A stretch of 64,000 nt of DNA, taken from assembly GCA_964612925.1 (NCBI GenBank), contig CAZTFU010000001.1, positions 14,384-78,383 on the forward strand, given 5' to 3'. The position numbers were made by a program, and so were the translations under genes. Below the pieces are notes generated by a model. That model saw only the letters and a list, made by a program, of their open reading frames with translations, searched no databases and was not told the origin of the DNA. This document shows positions 19,160 through 29,258 of this stretch, one piece after another. Each line of letters starts with the position of its first letter. Within the stretch, counting starts at the first letter, position 1. This DNA comes from an uncultured Clostridium sp. Lineage in GTDB: Bacteria; Bacillota; Clostridia; Christensenellales; CAG-138.

Positions 19160-19174
19160 AAATCAGTATGATTT
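19160..19174 (-). promoter_or_regulatory. candidate operator: inverted repeat AAATCA-N3-TGATTT in the iscR leader
   Basis: A perfect 6-3-6 palindrome lies between the predicted -10 and the RBS of the Rrf2 gene. Confidence 0.35.
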
Positions 19175-19181
19175 CAGCTAT

Positions 19182-19210
19182 AATGTACTACCATTGCTTA
19201 TTTTTGTCAA
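19182..19210 (-). promoter_or_regulatory. candidate sigma-A promoter for iscR-nifS-nifU
   Basis: Minus strand reads TTGACA (19205-19210) - 17 nt - TACATT (19182-19187). Confidence 0.45.
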
Positions 19211-19235
19211 CACCCGTGCCGAATATACCGTATAG

Positions 19236-19682
19236 TTATCCTTCAAGCCTTTCTTTGAGTCCCACAAGACTGCGGTTCATTTCGTTAAGTGTGTTTATTG
19301 CACCCTCGCGTTCTTCCGCGGAAAAGCTTTCCATCATGGTGGTGTATATCATTTCAAAATCTATATCGCACCAGCGGGCATAATCCATACCTTTTTGAGT
19401 AAGGGCAATGCGTATACAGCGCGTGTCCTTTTTATCGCGCACACGCTTTACGAAACCTGATGATTCCAACCGCCTGAGCGAAACGCCCGCACTTGCCTTT
19501 GTCACGCCAAGGCGTGCGGCAAGCTCTATCTGCGTTGGCGAACCGAGTTCGGCTATGGCAAAAAGCACCTGCGGCTGACCCGGGTACAGGCCGTATTTGC
19601 TCAGCGTTTTTTGCATACAGGTCGAATATGTGCGCATAAGCTCCGTAAAGGCCGCGCTTACGGATGATGTTTGAAAATTCAT
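19236..19682 (-). CDS. MarR-family transcriptional regulator
   Basis: GLYPGQPQVLFAIAELGSPTQIELAARLGVTKASAGVSLRRLESSGFVKRVRDKKDTRCIRIALTQKG. Confidence 0.88.
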   Translation of the reverse strand: MNFQTSSVSAAFTELMRTYSTCMQKTLSKYGLYPGQPQVLFAIAELGSPTQIELAARLGVTKASAGVSLRRLESSGFVKRVRDKKDTRCIRIALTQKGMDYARWCDIDFEMIYTTMMESFSAEEREGAINTLNEMNRSLVGLKERLEG

Positions 19683-19860
19683 TATACCCTCCCGATAAGT
19701 ATTGCCTATATTATCCTGTATTATCCCGCAAACGGTATATGCATGTCAATAAAAAGTATATCGATTTATTTATATTGCAAATGCGCGTTGTCGGTGAATC
19801 AATCTCGACCGTGTTCCTCACCATCGCGCTGTAGGCGTATTACTTCTTGACGCATTTTCC

Positions 19861-19889
19861 TTGTGCAAAGGGAAAAAACGGAGTATAAT
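19861..19889 (+). promoter_or_regulatory. candidate sigma-A promoter for pth-mfd
   Basis: TTGTGC (19861-19866) - 17 nt - TATAAT (19884-19889), about 70 nt upstream of the pth ATG. Confidence 0.4.
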
Positions 19890-19960
19890 AAATCCGTACC
19901 CCCATGTGAAAGCGCATGAGGGCATAGTTGCGTGCAGTTAAAGCTTTATCGGAGGATAGT

Positions 19961-20608
19961 ATGTACATAATAGTCGGCCTTGGCAACCCCGGGCGTGAAT
20001 ATGCCCAAACGCGGCACAATATGGGCTTTATGGCGCTTGACATATTGGCTTCGCGCCACAATATAGATATACGGCGAAACAATTTCCGCTGCGTTTTCGG
20101 TGAAGGGCGCATCGGCACGGAGCGCGTGGTGCTTGCAAAGCCCGAAACGTTTATGAACAACTCGGGTTTTGCCGTGCGAGACCTTGTAAACTGGTATAAA
20201 ACGGAAAACAGTCATCTTATAGTTATATATGACGATATAGATCTTGCAACGGGAGAGCTTCGCATACGGGAAAAGGGTTCTTCGGGCTCTCATAACGGGA
20301 TGAAGAGCGTTATATATCAGCTTGGCTTTGACGATTTTCCGCGTATCCGCGTGGGAGTCGGTGCTCCCGAGGGCGGCCGCGACCTTATAGCGCACGTTAT
20401 GTCCATGCCGAGCGGTGAAGCACTGGAACAGGTGAAGTCGGCACTCGTTTCGGCGGCCGATGCGGCGGAGCTTATAGTCGGCGGTGACATAGCCGCCGCT
20501 CAGATGCGCTTTAACAAAAAGCCCAAGCGTAAGAAGAAGGAAGAAGCAAGGCTTTTGGAACAAAAAGAGACTGAGACGGACGGAAAGGATGCCGAATCGG
20601 ATGAGTGA
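19961..20608 (+). CDS. pth: peptidyl-tRNA hydrolase with a Lys/Glu-rich C-terminal tail
   Basis: MYIIVGLGNPGREYAQTRHNMGFMALD. ATG 19961 is preceded by GGAGGA; the track ORF starts upstream at 19928. The tail is KKPKRKKKEEARLLEQKETETDGKDAESDE. Confidence 0.93.
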   Translation: MYIIVGLGNPGREYAQTRHNMGFMALDILASRHNIDIRRNNFRCVFGEGRIGTERVVLAKPETFMNNSGFAVRDLVNWYKTENSHLIVIYDDIDLATGELRIREKGSSGSHNGMKSVIYQLGFDDFPRIRVGVGAPEGGRDLIAHVMSMPSGEALEQVKSALVSAADAAELIVGGDIAAAQMRFNKKPKRKKKEEARLLEQKETETDGKDAESDE

Positions 20609-23600
20609 ACATCCGCTTATAAAAACACTTGATAAATACCCCGAATATGTGCGCCTTTGCTCGGCACTTGAACAGGGCGAGGGCAGTGCGGCGGTGTTCG
20701 GCCTTGGTGAGGCCGCACGGCCGCACATTGCCGCGGGAATTTTTCGCTCAAGCGGGCGCACGCTGCTTATGGTTACGGCAAACGAAGCCTCCGCCGCAAG
20801 AATACAGCGCGACATGGCCGCGTATACGGACAATGTGTATCATCTGCCGGCACGGGAGCTTCCGCTAGGTGCAAAAGGAATTTCAGCTTCCGCAGGACTT
20901 ACTGCAAGGCGGCTTGAACCGCTGTGCGCATTGTTAAACGGCGAAAGCATAGCCGTTGTGGTATCGGCGGAGGCGCTTTTGCAGCGCATTGTTCCACCGT
21001 CCGCCATAAGGGAAAGCATGCTTTCACTGAGCGTTGGCGATAAGGCGGAGCCAATGAAGCTTGTATCCCTTCTCACGAGTGCAGGTTATGAGCGCGTTGA
21101 TATGTGTGAAGGTTGCGGGCAGGTGTGCCTTAGGGGCGGCTATCTTGACGTATACCCTATAAATGCACCCGACCCCATACGAATAGAATTCTTTGACGAT
21201 GAGATAGATACCATGCGCACATATGACGCCATATCTCAGCGGTCAATAGAAAACATAGCAAGCTGTATTATACCGCCTGCGACCGAAATGCCGCTTACGA
21301 AAGAGGCACGCACACGCGGTATGCGCGCATTGAAAAAGATTGAGGGCATGAAGGATGAATATGATATTCTTGCCCAAGGCGGCACCATAGCGGGAGCCGA
21401 AATGCTGCTGCCACTCTTCTATTCGGAAGCCCTTATAACGGATTATCTGCCCGAGAATGCCATAATACTGATAGATGAGCCGCAGCGCGTTGAGGAGAGC
21501 GCAAAGCTGTACTTTACAACACAGCTTGACAGAATAGGGTCTCACATACATGACGGCACGGCGCTTCCCGAGCAGGCGGAGCTTATATGTCAGCCGTCTC
21601 ACGTTCTGCAAAGCCTTGATACGCCCTACACCGCAATGCTTTTTGCGTTGACGCGCACATACGGGCTGATAAAACCGAAATGCCTTTTCCGCTTTGAAAC
21701 ACGGCCAATGGCAAAATATATAGGAAACTCGGCATCGCTTGCCACGGATATGGCCCAGTGGAAGCGCGGCGGCACAACGGTGCTTATCTATGCGGGAACA
21801 CACGCAAAGCGCATAAGCGATACCCTTGATGACGAGGGACTTACCGTTGGTATAAGTGAACAGCTTTCACGCGATATAGTGCAGGGCGAACAGCTTATTG
21901 TTGCAAAAAGCATAGAATGCGGCTACGAGTATCCCGAATTAAAGCTTGCCGTAATAAGCGAAAACGAGCTGTACGGCACTCAAACGCGCAAAAGCGCAAG
22001 TACACACAGGAAAAAACCGCACCTTGCATTCAGTGAGCTGAGCGTGGGCGACCTTGTGGTACACGAACTGCACGGTATAGGTCGCTTTGTGGGCGTGGTA
22101 ACGCTCAATGCGGCGGGTGTTTCGCGCGATTATCTGCACATCGTTTACGCGGGCGGCGACAAACTGTATATCCCCACGGATCAGCTTGACCGCGTTCAAA
22201 AGTATATCGGCGGCGATGAGACGACCGCTCACCTTTCACACCTCGGCACGGGCGAATGGCAGCGCACGGTGAACAAAACGCGCGAAAGCGTAAAGAAACT
22301 GGCATTTGACCTTGTAAAGCTGTATGGCGACAGACTGCATAGAAAGGGTCACGCCTTCCCGCCCGACACACAGTGGCAAAGGCGGTTGGAGGAAAGTTTT
22401 CCTTATCAGGAAACGCCCGATCAGCTAACCTGCATTGAGGAAATAAAAAAGGATATGGAGAGTGAGCGGGTAATGGATCGCCTGCTTTGTGGGGATGTTG
22501 GCTACGGCAAGACGGAGGTTGCCTTGCGCGCGGCATTCAAGGCCGTGACGGACAGTAAACAGGTGGCTTTCCTTGTGCCGACAACCATACTCGCTCAGCA
22601 GCATTATAATACCCTTGTATCGCGATTCTCGGGTTTTCCCGTAAATGTTGCACTATTGTCGCGCTTCAATACCGCCGTAGAGGAGGCGCGCGTAATCGAG
22701 GGACTTAAAAAAGGAACGGTGGATGTGGTGGTCGGCACGCATAAGCTACTATCAAAGTCCGTAAAGTTTAAGGACCTCGGTCTTTTGATAATAGATGAAG
22801 AACAACGCTTTGGCGTGGGTCACAAGGAACAGATAAAGGAAATGCGAAAGGATATAGATGCGCTTACCCTTTCGGCAACTCCCATACCGAGAACGCTTCA
22901 TATGTCCATGGCGGGGATACGCGATATGTCCGTTATTGAGACTCCGCCCGAACAGCGATACCCCGTGCAGACATACGTTATGGAATACAGCGAGGCCGTT
23001 GCCCGCGAAGCCATAATGAAGGAGCTTGGTCGCGGCGGACAGGTATACTTTGTATATAACAACGTGCGCGGCATGGATACGTTCTGTGAAAAGCTCAGGC
23101 AGCTTGTGCCCGAAGCGCGCATAGGCTATGCCCACGGGCAAATGGGTGAACGTCAGCTTGAACGCACAATGCTTGACTTTATGCAGCAGGAGTATGACGT
23201 ATTGCTTTGCTCCACAATAATAGAAAGCGGGCTTGATATACCCAACGTGAACACGATAATAGTTTACGATGCGGATAAAATGGGGCTTGCACAGCTGTAT
23301 CAGCTTCGCGGCCGTGTCGGGCGCGGGGCAAGGCTTGGATATGCGTATTTGACATTCATGCGCAACAAGGTGCTGAGCGACGTTGCGGAAAAACGGCTGA
23401 GTGCGATACGGGAGTTTACCCAATTTGGCGCGGGTTTCAAAATAGCAATGCGTGACCTTGAAATACGCGGTGCGGGCAACCTGCTCGGACCCGAGCAACA
23501 CGGTCATATGGCGGCGGTGGGCTATGACCTTTACTGTAAAATAGTAGAGGGAGCCGTAAAGGAAGCGCGCGGAGAAAAGGAGCCCGTAAAGGTGGATACG

Positions 23601-24047
23601 GTAGTGGATATTCCGATTGCCGCAGGCATACCATCACGCTATATACATCACGAAAGCGAAAGACTTTCAATGTACAAGCGCATTGCACTTATAGAAACGC
23701 GGGATGACCTTTACGACGTTCAGGATGAGCTTATAGACCGCTATGGCGACATACCGAAGGATACGGCGAACCTTATGGATATCGCCCTTATAAAGGCGGA
23801 TTGTTCCCGTGCGGGCATAACACAGTTAAGGCTTAAAAACGGCGAGGTACGCTTTGTGTTCGATAAACAGGCACCCATAGACGGCGCAAAACTTATTGCC
23901 GCGGCCGCAAGCATAGCGGGGGCGCGCGTTATGTTTGGGGAAGCACCTACGCTTCTTATCAGCCGCCCAAAGAGCGATGCGGAAGCATTGTATGCTTTAC
24001 TGCCACAGTTTGTTTACACCATTGCCGATTGCGTAACACATAATTGA
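20589..24047 (+). CDS. mfd: transcription-repair coupling factor
   Basis: 1152 aa. It has a CarD-like segment (VGDLVVHELHGIGRFVG) and helicase motifs (CGDVGYGKTEVALRAAF, IIDEEQRFGV, QLRGRVGRG). The alternative ATG at 20601 is possible. The start overlaps the pth 3' end. Confidence 0.95.
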   Translation: MPNRMSEHPLIKTLDKYPEYVRLCSALEQGEGSAAVFGLGEAARPHIAAGIFRSSGRTLLMVTANEASAARIQRDMAAYTDNVYHLPARELPLGAKGISASAGLTARRLEPLCALLNGESIAVVVSAEALLQRIVPPSAIRESMLSLSVGDKAEPMKLVSLLTSAGYERVDMCEGCGQVCLRGGYLDVYPINAPDPIRIEFFDDEIDTMRTYDAISQRSIENIASCIIPPATEMPLTKEARTRGMRALKKIEGMKDEYDILAQGGTIAGAEMLLPLFYSEALITDYLPENAIILIDEPQRVEESAKLYFTTQLDRIGSHIHDGTALPEQAELICQPSHVLQSLDTPYTAMLFALTRTYGLIKPKCLFRFETRPMAKYIGNSASLATDMAQWKRGGTTVLIYAGTHAKRISDTLDDEGLTVGISEQLSRDIVQGEQLIVAKSIECGYEYPELKLAVISENELYGTQTRKSASTHRKKPHLAFSELSVGDLVVHELHGIGRFVGVVTLNAAGVSRDYLHIVYAGGDKLYIPTDQLDRVQKYIGGDETTAHLSHLGTGEWQRTVNKTRESVKKLAFDLVKLYGDRLHRKGHAFPPDTQWQRRLEESFPYQETPDQLTCIEEIKKDMESERVMDRLLCGDVGYGKTEVALRAAFKAVTDSKQVAFLVPTTILAQQHYNTLVSRFSGFPVNVALLSRFNTAVEEARVIEGLKKGTVDVVVGTHKLLSKSVKFKDLGLLIIDEEQRFGVGHKEQIKEMRKDIDALTLSATPIPRTLHMSMAGIRDMSVIETPPEQRYPVQTYVMEYSEAVAREAIMKELGRGGQVYFVYNNVRGMDTFCEKLRQLVPEARIGYAHGQMGERQLERTMLDFMQQEYDVLLCSTIIESGLDIPNVNTIIVYDADKMGLAQLYQLRGRVGRGARLGYAYLTFMRNKVLSDVAEKRLSAIREFTQFGAGFKIAMRDLEIRGAGNLLGPEQHGHMAAVGYDLYCKIVEGAVKEARGEKEPVKVDTVVDIPIAAGIPSRYIHHESERLSMYKRIALIETRDDLYDVQDELIDRYGDIPKDTANLMDIALIKADCSRAGITQLRLKNGEVRFVFDKQAPIDGAKLIAAAASIAGARVMFGEAPTLLISRPKSDAEALYALLPQFVYTIADCVTHN

Positions 24048-24112
24048 TGTTATAATACAAAATACCGACTTGTGCGCACCAATGCGTACATTACATGGAA
24101 GGAGAATTAACC

Positions 24113-25564
24113 TTGAACACGAAAAAGCTTATTGCCCTGCTGCTGTGTGCAGTAATGGCCGTGAGTATGCTCTGCGCCTGCCAACTCAGCGATACCGACA
24201 ACGTAGGCGACTCGCAGAATAGTGACCCCACCGCCGCACCCGATAACAGCGGCGACAGTGAACTTGACCTTACTGCCGCAGCCGTAACGCTGAATGGCGA
24301 AACCGTGATAACCCTTTCCGAAGTAAAGCAGATGTACGAAATGTATGTCGAGCTTTTCTCCGCTTACGGCTATGATATAGTAAGCGATGAGGAAACCCGT
24401 TTGGGCTTTCTTGATGACCTTGTGGATTCCATGCTTGAGGATAAGCTTATAGAGGCAAAGGCAAGGGAACTCGGTTATGCCGATTATACAGAGGATCAAC
24501 AGAGCGAGCTTGACGCGGCAAAGCAGACTGAGATTGACGGCCTTAACGATTACTATCTTGAAATTGCCGAGGAGGAGGCCGCAGAGGACGAATCCATTGA
24601 CATAGAAGCAAGAAAACTTGAACTTATTCTTGAAGAGGCCGTTTCAAACATGGGCCGCGATGATGTTACATATGAAGAATACTGCGAATACCTTGGCAAT
24701 AATGTCGAATCCCAGTTCCTTTACAATTTGCTTTATACCGATATGACAAAGGATGTTGCACCGCTTGAAGCCGATGTTAATTCGCTTTATGTTGACACCG
24801 TTGCCACCGACCTTGAGACCTACTCAACCAACCCCGAATATTTCAAGGATGACATGGATTCCTATGAATCAAGCCTTGACGGTATACCCCCGCTTTATGT
24901 TCCAAAGGATTACCACAGGATATACGATATCTATGTTGCTTATGAGGGTGATGTTCCCCAAGAATGCACCGATGCGCAGACCAACATGAACAACCTCAAG
25001 ACCGAGTATTGCCAGCTTGCATTTGCCGATGCACTTGCGGGCACAAGCGATAATGCCGAGCGTATAGCCGAGGTTTTGGCCGAATACAAGCAGCAACAGG
25101 CAGTGTATGACGAATACTACGCACAGTATACAGCATCCGCCTACGAAAAAATAAACGCGGCCTATGCGCGCATTGAAGCGGGTGAAGATTTCAAGACCGT
25201 AATGCTTGAAGTCACCGAGAACACCGACTTTACCGAAATAGACGGTTTTGAAAACGGTATGCTCATATCAAATTCTTACTCAGCCACATATGATTGGTCA
25301 ACGGCGGTCAAAAATGCGTTTGCCAATCTTTCGCTTGGCGAATACAGCCCTGTTTTCACCGATACAAACGGACTGCACATAATCTACTATGTAAGCGATG
25401 AGACATCAGGCACCACGGACCTTACCGACAGCATATTTGAAGCACTTGCTTCCTCTCTCAAGTCTGACTTGGTTTCCGAAACATGGAACGCACTTGTAAG
25501 CGAATGGAAGAATGATGGTTCCGTTGAGGTGCTTACCGATGCCTACAGGCAGATAGGCGCCTAA
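24113..25564 (+). CDS. PrsA/SurA-like foldase lipoprotein with a divergent parvulin PPIase domain
   Basis: Lipoprotein signal LLCAVMAVSMLCAC. C-terminal LSLGEYSPVFTDTNGLHIIYYV is parvulin-like. I prefer the TTG at 24113, 6 nt after GGAAGGAG, over the track ATG at 24095. Confidence 0.75.
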   Translation: MNTKKLIALLLCAVMAVSMLCACQLSDTDNVGDSQNSDPTAAPDNSGDSELDLTAAAVTLNGETVITLSEVKQMYEMYVELFSAYGYDIVSDEETRLGFLDDLVDSMLEDKLIEAKARELGYADYTEDQQSELDAAKQTEIDGLNDYYLEIAEEEAAEDESIDIEARKLELILEEAVSNMGRDDVTYEEYCEYLGNNVESQFLYNLLYTDMTKDVAPLEADVNSLYVDTVATDLETYSTNPEYFKDDMDSYESSLDGIPPLYVPKDYHRIYDIYVAYEGDVPQECTDAQTNMNNLKTEYCQLAFADALAGTSDNAERIAEVLAEYKQQQAVYDEYYAQYTASAYEKINAAYARIEAGEDFKTVMLEVTENTDFTEIDGFENGMLISNSYSATYDWSTAVKNAFANLSLGEYSPVFTDTNGLHIIYYVSDETSGTTDLTDSIFEALASSLKSDLVSETWNALVSEWKNDGSVEVLTDAYRQIGA

Positions 25565-25584
25565 AAAGAATAATCGTACTCCAA

Positions 25585-25616
25585 ATGCCTCTCTTTACAC
25601 AAGGGAGGCATTTTTG
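25585..25616 (+). terminator. intrinsic terminator after the PrsA-like gene
   Basis: ATGCCTC-loop-GAGGCAT followed by TTTTT. Confidence 0.6.
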
Positions 25617-25688
25617 TGATTATTTCCACTCGTACATATTGCGCACGATATGTTATAATAAAAATAATTAAAGCATAAGGAGAATACC

Positions 25689-26453
25689 ATGCAGCTGATT
25701 GAAAGCACCCGCAATGAAACCGTTAAACGCGCACGACAGCTTTCCACTCGCAAAGGCAGGCTTGAACAGGGCAAGCACTTTATAGAAGGCGACAGGCTTG
25801 TGAGGGAAGCGGTGATATCGGGCGCGGATATATGTGAGGCATTTATAGAAGAAGGGCACGAGCTTATGGCCGCAGTGCTTGAAGGCTCAGGTGCAAAGGT
25901 GTACATGGTGAAGCGCACTGTCATGGAAACGCTTACCCTTACGGAAACGCCGCAGTGGGTGTGCGCAACGGTGAAAACTCCCGATGCGGGGCTGCCCGAG
26001 TATTATCCTGAGGGACTTGTTGTTGCACTTGACGCCGTGCAGGACCCCGGAAATCTCGGTACGATATTGCGCACGGCGGATGCTATGGGCGCGGTAGGAC
26101 TTCTGCTGGGCTCGGGCTGTGCCGACCCGTATGCGCCAAAGCCGCTCAGGGCTGCCATGGGTTCGATTTATCATATGCCCGTGTGGCAAGGGGAGCTATC
26201 AGCGGAGATAAAAAGGCTTAAAGCACAGAACTTCACGCTTGTGTGCGGTCATCTTCACGGGGGAAACACACTGCCCGCCGCAACGGACAGAATGTGCCTT
26301 GTTATAGGCAACGAGGGCAACGGTGTAAGCGATGAGGTGGCCGATATGTGTGAAAAATACAAATTGCCCATGTACGGCTTTGCGGAATCGCTAAATGCGG
26401 CGGTTGCGGCGGGAATACTTATTTATGAGCTTGCAAAGGGCATGCATAAATAA
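25689..26453 (+). CDS. TrmH/SpoU-family RNA 2'-O-methyltransferase
   Basis: LDAVQDPGNLGTILRTADAMGAVGLLL...IGNEGNGVS...ESLNAAVAAGILIYE. AAGGAG RBS. Confidence 0.9.
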   Translation: MQLIESTRNETVKRARQLSTRKGRLEQGKHFIEGDRLVREAVISGADICEAFIEEGHELMAAVLEGSGAKVYMVKRTVMETLTLTETPQWVCATVKTPDAGLPEYYPEGLVVALDAVQDPGNLGTILRTADAMGAVGLLLGSGCADPYAPKPLRAAMGSIYHMPVWQGELSAEIKRLKAQNFTLVCGHLHGGNTLPAATDRMCLVIGNEGNGVSDEVADMCEKYKLPMYGFAESLNAAVAAGILIYELAKGMHK

Positions 26454-26509
26454 GAACAAATTATAAACAAAAGCGGTACGGCCTTGATAAAGTAAGCAGC
26501 CGTGTTACA

Positions 26510-29254
26510 ATGTGTAGTATGAAGAGGATACTTTCGACTTTAATATTGACGGCAATGTTGCTTGGCATGCTGCCGACGGGTGCGGTCACCATGGCGGCGG
26601 GCGTTCTTGCTGTGCAAAGTGAAAACGGCATTGATGCCGTAAGCTCAGCCTATGCGGAACCGGAGTACGACTACGGCGAAGGTGAGGAAAACTACAGCCC
26701 CGCCGTGTCTGCCGAAGAACAACATATTTACATTGAGGATAACGGCATTGCCGTGTATTCGGCAACAACATGGGATAAGCGTACCGTGCGCGTGCTTTTA
26801 AGCCAAAAGGATCGCACTGAATCCACCGTGAAGGTATACGGCAATTATGCCGTCTGTGACGAAAACGGTGAAGCTTATTTTATTGCGGATGATGAGACTG
26901 CATACATAATAAAGGCCCAAAGCTCAAAAGTTTGCGTATATACGCAAGGCGGCGTACTGCTTTACAGCGGCGCAAGCGTAAGCTTTAAGGAACATAAGGA
27001 TGCAACTGGAAAGGCGGATAACTGCATAAAGGTAGCAAACGTTACCATGGGTAACGATACTACCGACAGAACATACCGCGGTGACTTGGACATATATTAC
27101 TTCGCAAAGTCGGGAAGCTACAGCGGCTATTGGTCGGGACTTTATCTTGTGAATAAGGTCTATATTGAAGATTATGTTGAAGGGGTCGTTGCCGCGGAAA
27201 TGGGTACAAGCTTTGAAACGGCGGCTCAACAGGCACAGGCAATAGTATCCCGCGCATTTGCGATACAGTCGCACAGCTCAACTCGTGTATTTGACGTGCG
27301 GGATACAAGCGCCAGCCAAGCGTACTTTGGCATAACGGAAAACTGCCGCGCGGCGGTTGAAGCAACCGCGGGACAGACCCTGTTTTATCAAGGAGAAAAC
27401 CTTAGGGTGCACTTTGGCGGTACGAACGGCGGCGAAACGGAGATAACCAATAATCAATGGAGCGGTTACGAATTCTGCGGTGAAGAAAGCGTAAGGGAGG
27501 ATGCTTACGATCTTGCCTCCAAAAAGAAATACGTTGAAGAGGTAACGATACCCGCCCGACCGAGCGGCAGCGAAACACAGGTACTTTCCCTTATAACGAA
27601 CGCCTTGATTCCCGCACTTAATGCGGAAGGCTACGGCGTGAGCGAGGCCGCGGTTGAAACCATAAGCATGGCGACCGTGTGCAACGATGAAACCTGCCGC
27701 CACCACCACCGTTCGACCGAAGACGGGCAGGTGTGCAACCATTTTTGCTCGGTGAATATAACGTTTGGCGGTATAGTCACGGATGTCGGCTACATTGAAA
27801 ACTACACCGTGAACCTATGCGAGAATGATTTCTATATAAGCCCCAATAACGGCAGACCGCTTGGCTTTTTCAACGTAGGTTCGTGCTCGAGATACTGGCT
27901 TGTGGAAAACTATACAAACGGAGAACTGACAGGTTATACAATACGCCATGCGCGCTATGGCGGCGGCGTGGGAATGAGCCAATACGGTGCCAACTACCGC
28001 GCATATAAGGGACAAAGCACCGCGGAAATTCTTGCATTTTACTATCCGAACAGCACCGTTTCCGCCCTGAGTGAGGATACGTCTCGTCCCGAAATACCCG
28101 CACAGCCGCAAGCAAAGCTTGATGCGCGCGTACTCGGCAGTGACGTGACCGTATATATGCGGCAGAATACTTCGTCCGAGGCGGTATGCTCCATAGCCGC
28201 AGGGGAAACGGTTTTTGTAAATGCAGAGTATTCCGATTGGGCACATATAAGCTACAACGGCATTTCGGGCTATGTTGCACTTACGGCATTCGTGCGCAAG
28301 GCGATAAGCGTAACGCCCGATAACATAACAAGCTCCATTTCCGTGCGCAGTATGCCCGACAGCCGCTCAAGTGTCGTATATACGGCCAAAAAAGGCGTTG
28401 TACTTGAACTTATCGAGGCAAACGCCGCACCCGGCTGGCATAAGGTAAATACCTCAAGCGGGGCAGGATATATACCCGTGCGCTACTCAACGCTTTTATT
28501 CGGTGGGGAACGGCAATCTGCGGAAAATCGTTACACCGTGGCTTTGCCGAGGGAAGACGGCCTAATGTACGAAAGCATATTTATAGACGGCGAGCCATGT
28601 GAATGCGAAACCGACTCAAATTCCGTAAGCTATGTTACCGATAATAAAGAACATACCTTGGCTCAGCTCTATTATTCCGATGGCAGCATGCGCGTATGGC
28701 TGCTTAGCTTTGATGAAGAAAGCAACGATTATACTGCGGATGAATTGAGTGAGTTTAACAATGAGCTTTCATATTCGGGTGCATCGATAAGACTTTCGGG
28801 CGAATACGGACTGAGAGTACGCTTTGGTTTGAATGTAGATATACACGATACACTGAATGTTGCACTCTTTACAGTGAAGGAATACGGCATTATGCAAGCC
28901 AAAAGCGAAAATGAGTTGTATAATACCGAAACGGCAGTAAAATACCCCGCTTTTTATGAGACGGATGGGGTAAGGTATGATAAAGTTTCCGCCATAAGCG
29001 AAGGCAAGCTGCTGTTTGCTGCAAAGCTTGAGGGTGTGAGCGTGGATGAGCTTAAAGTACAATACTTTTTCAGACCGTATATCGTACTGTTCCAAGGTGA
29101 TAAGGAAATTACAATATACGGCAATGCCGTTGATGCAAGCGTGTATGAAATCGCAAAGGAACTTTCCGATGCGGCCGAATACGGCATGGACACGGCACAA
29201 GGACAATATATAGCCGCGCTTATTGCGGCGGCGGATGCAAACCCGCGAGGTTGA
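26510..29254 (+). CDS. secreted SpoIID/LytB-domain protein with two SH3b-like domains and an uncharacterised ~260 aa C-terminal region
   Basis: Signal peptide LILTAMLLGMLPTGAVTMAAG. SpoIID-type segments are YIEDYVEGVVAAEMGTSFETAAQQAQAIVSRAFAI and GGVGMSQYGANYRAYKGQSTAEILAFYYPNSTV. SH3b-like segments are VYMRQNTSSEAVCSIAAGETVFVNAEYSDWAHISYNGISGYV and VRSMPDSRSSVVYTAKKGVVLELIE...GWHKVNTSSGAGYIPVRY. Confidence 0.85.
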   Translation: MCSMKRILSTLILTAMLLGMLPTGAVTMAAGVLAVQSENGIDAVSSAYAEPEYDYGEGEENYSPAVSAEEQHIYIEDNGIAVYSATTWDKRTVRVLLSQKDRTESTVKVYGNYAVCDENGEAYFIADDETAYIIKAQSSKVCVYTQGGVLLYSGASVSFKEHKDATGKADNCIKVANVTMGNDTTDRTYRGDLDIYYFAKSGSYSGYWSGLYLVNKVYIEDYVEGVVAAEMGTSFETAAQQAQAIVSRAFAIQSHSSTRVFDVRDTSASQAYFGITENCRAAVEATAGQTLFYQGENLRVHFGGTNGGETEITNNQWSGYEFCGEESVREDAYDLASKKKYVEEVTIPARPSGSETQVLSLITNALIPALNAEGYGVSEAAVETISMATVCNDETCRHHHRSTEDGQVCNHFCSVNITFGGIVTDVGYIENYTVNLCENDFYISPNNGRPLGFFNVGSCSRYWLVENYTNGELTGYTIRHARYGGGVGMSQYGANYRAYKGQSTAEILAFYYPNSTVSALSEDTSRPEIPAQPQAKLDARVLGSDVTVYMRQNTSSEAVCSIAAGETVFVNAEYSDWAHISYNGISGYVALTAFVRKAISVTPDNITSSISVRSMPDSRSSVVYTAKKGVVLELIEANAAPGWHKVNTSSGAGYIPVRYSTLLFGGERQSAENRYTVALPREDGLMYESIFIDGEPCECETDSNSVSYVTDNKEHTLAQLYYSDGSMRVWLLSFDEESNDYTADELSEFNNELSYSGASIRLSGEYGLRVRFGLNVDIHDTLNVALFTVKEYGIMQAKSENELYNTETAVKYPAFYETDGVRYDKVSAISEGKLLFAAKLEGVSVDELKVQYFFRPYIVLFQGDKEITIYGNAVDASVYEIAKELSDAAEYGMDTAQGQYIAALIAAADANPRG

Positions 29255-29258
29255 TTTT

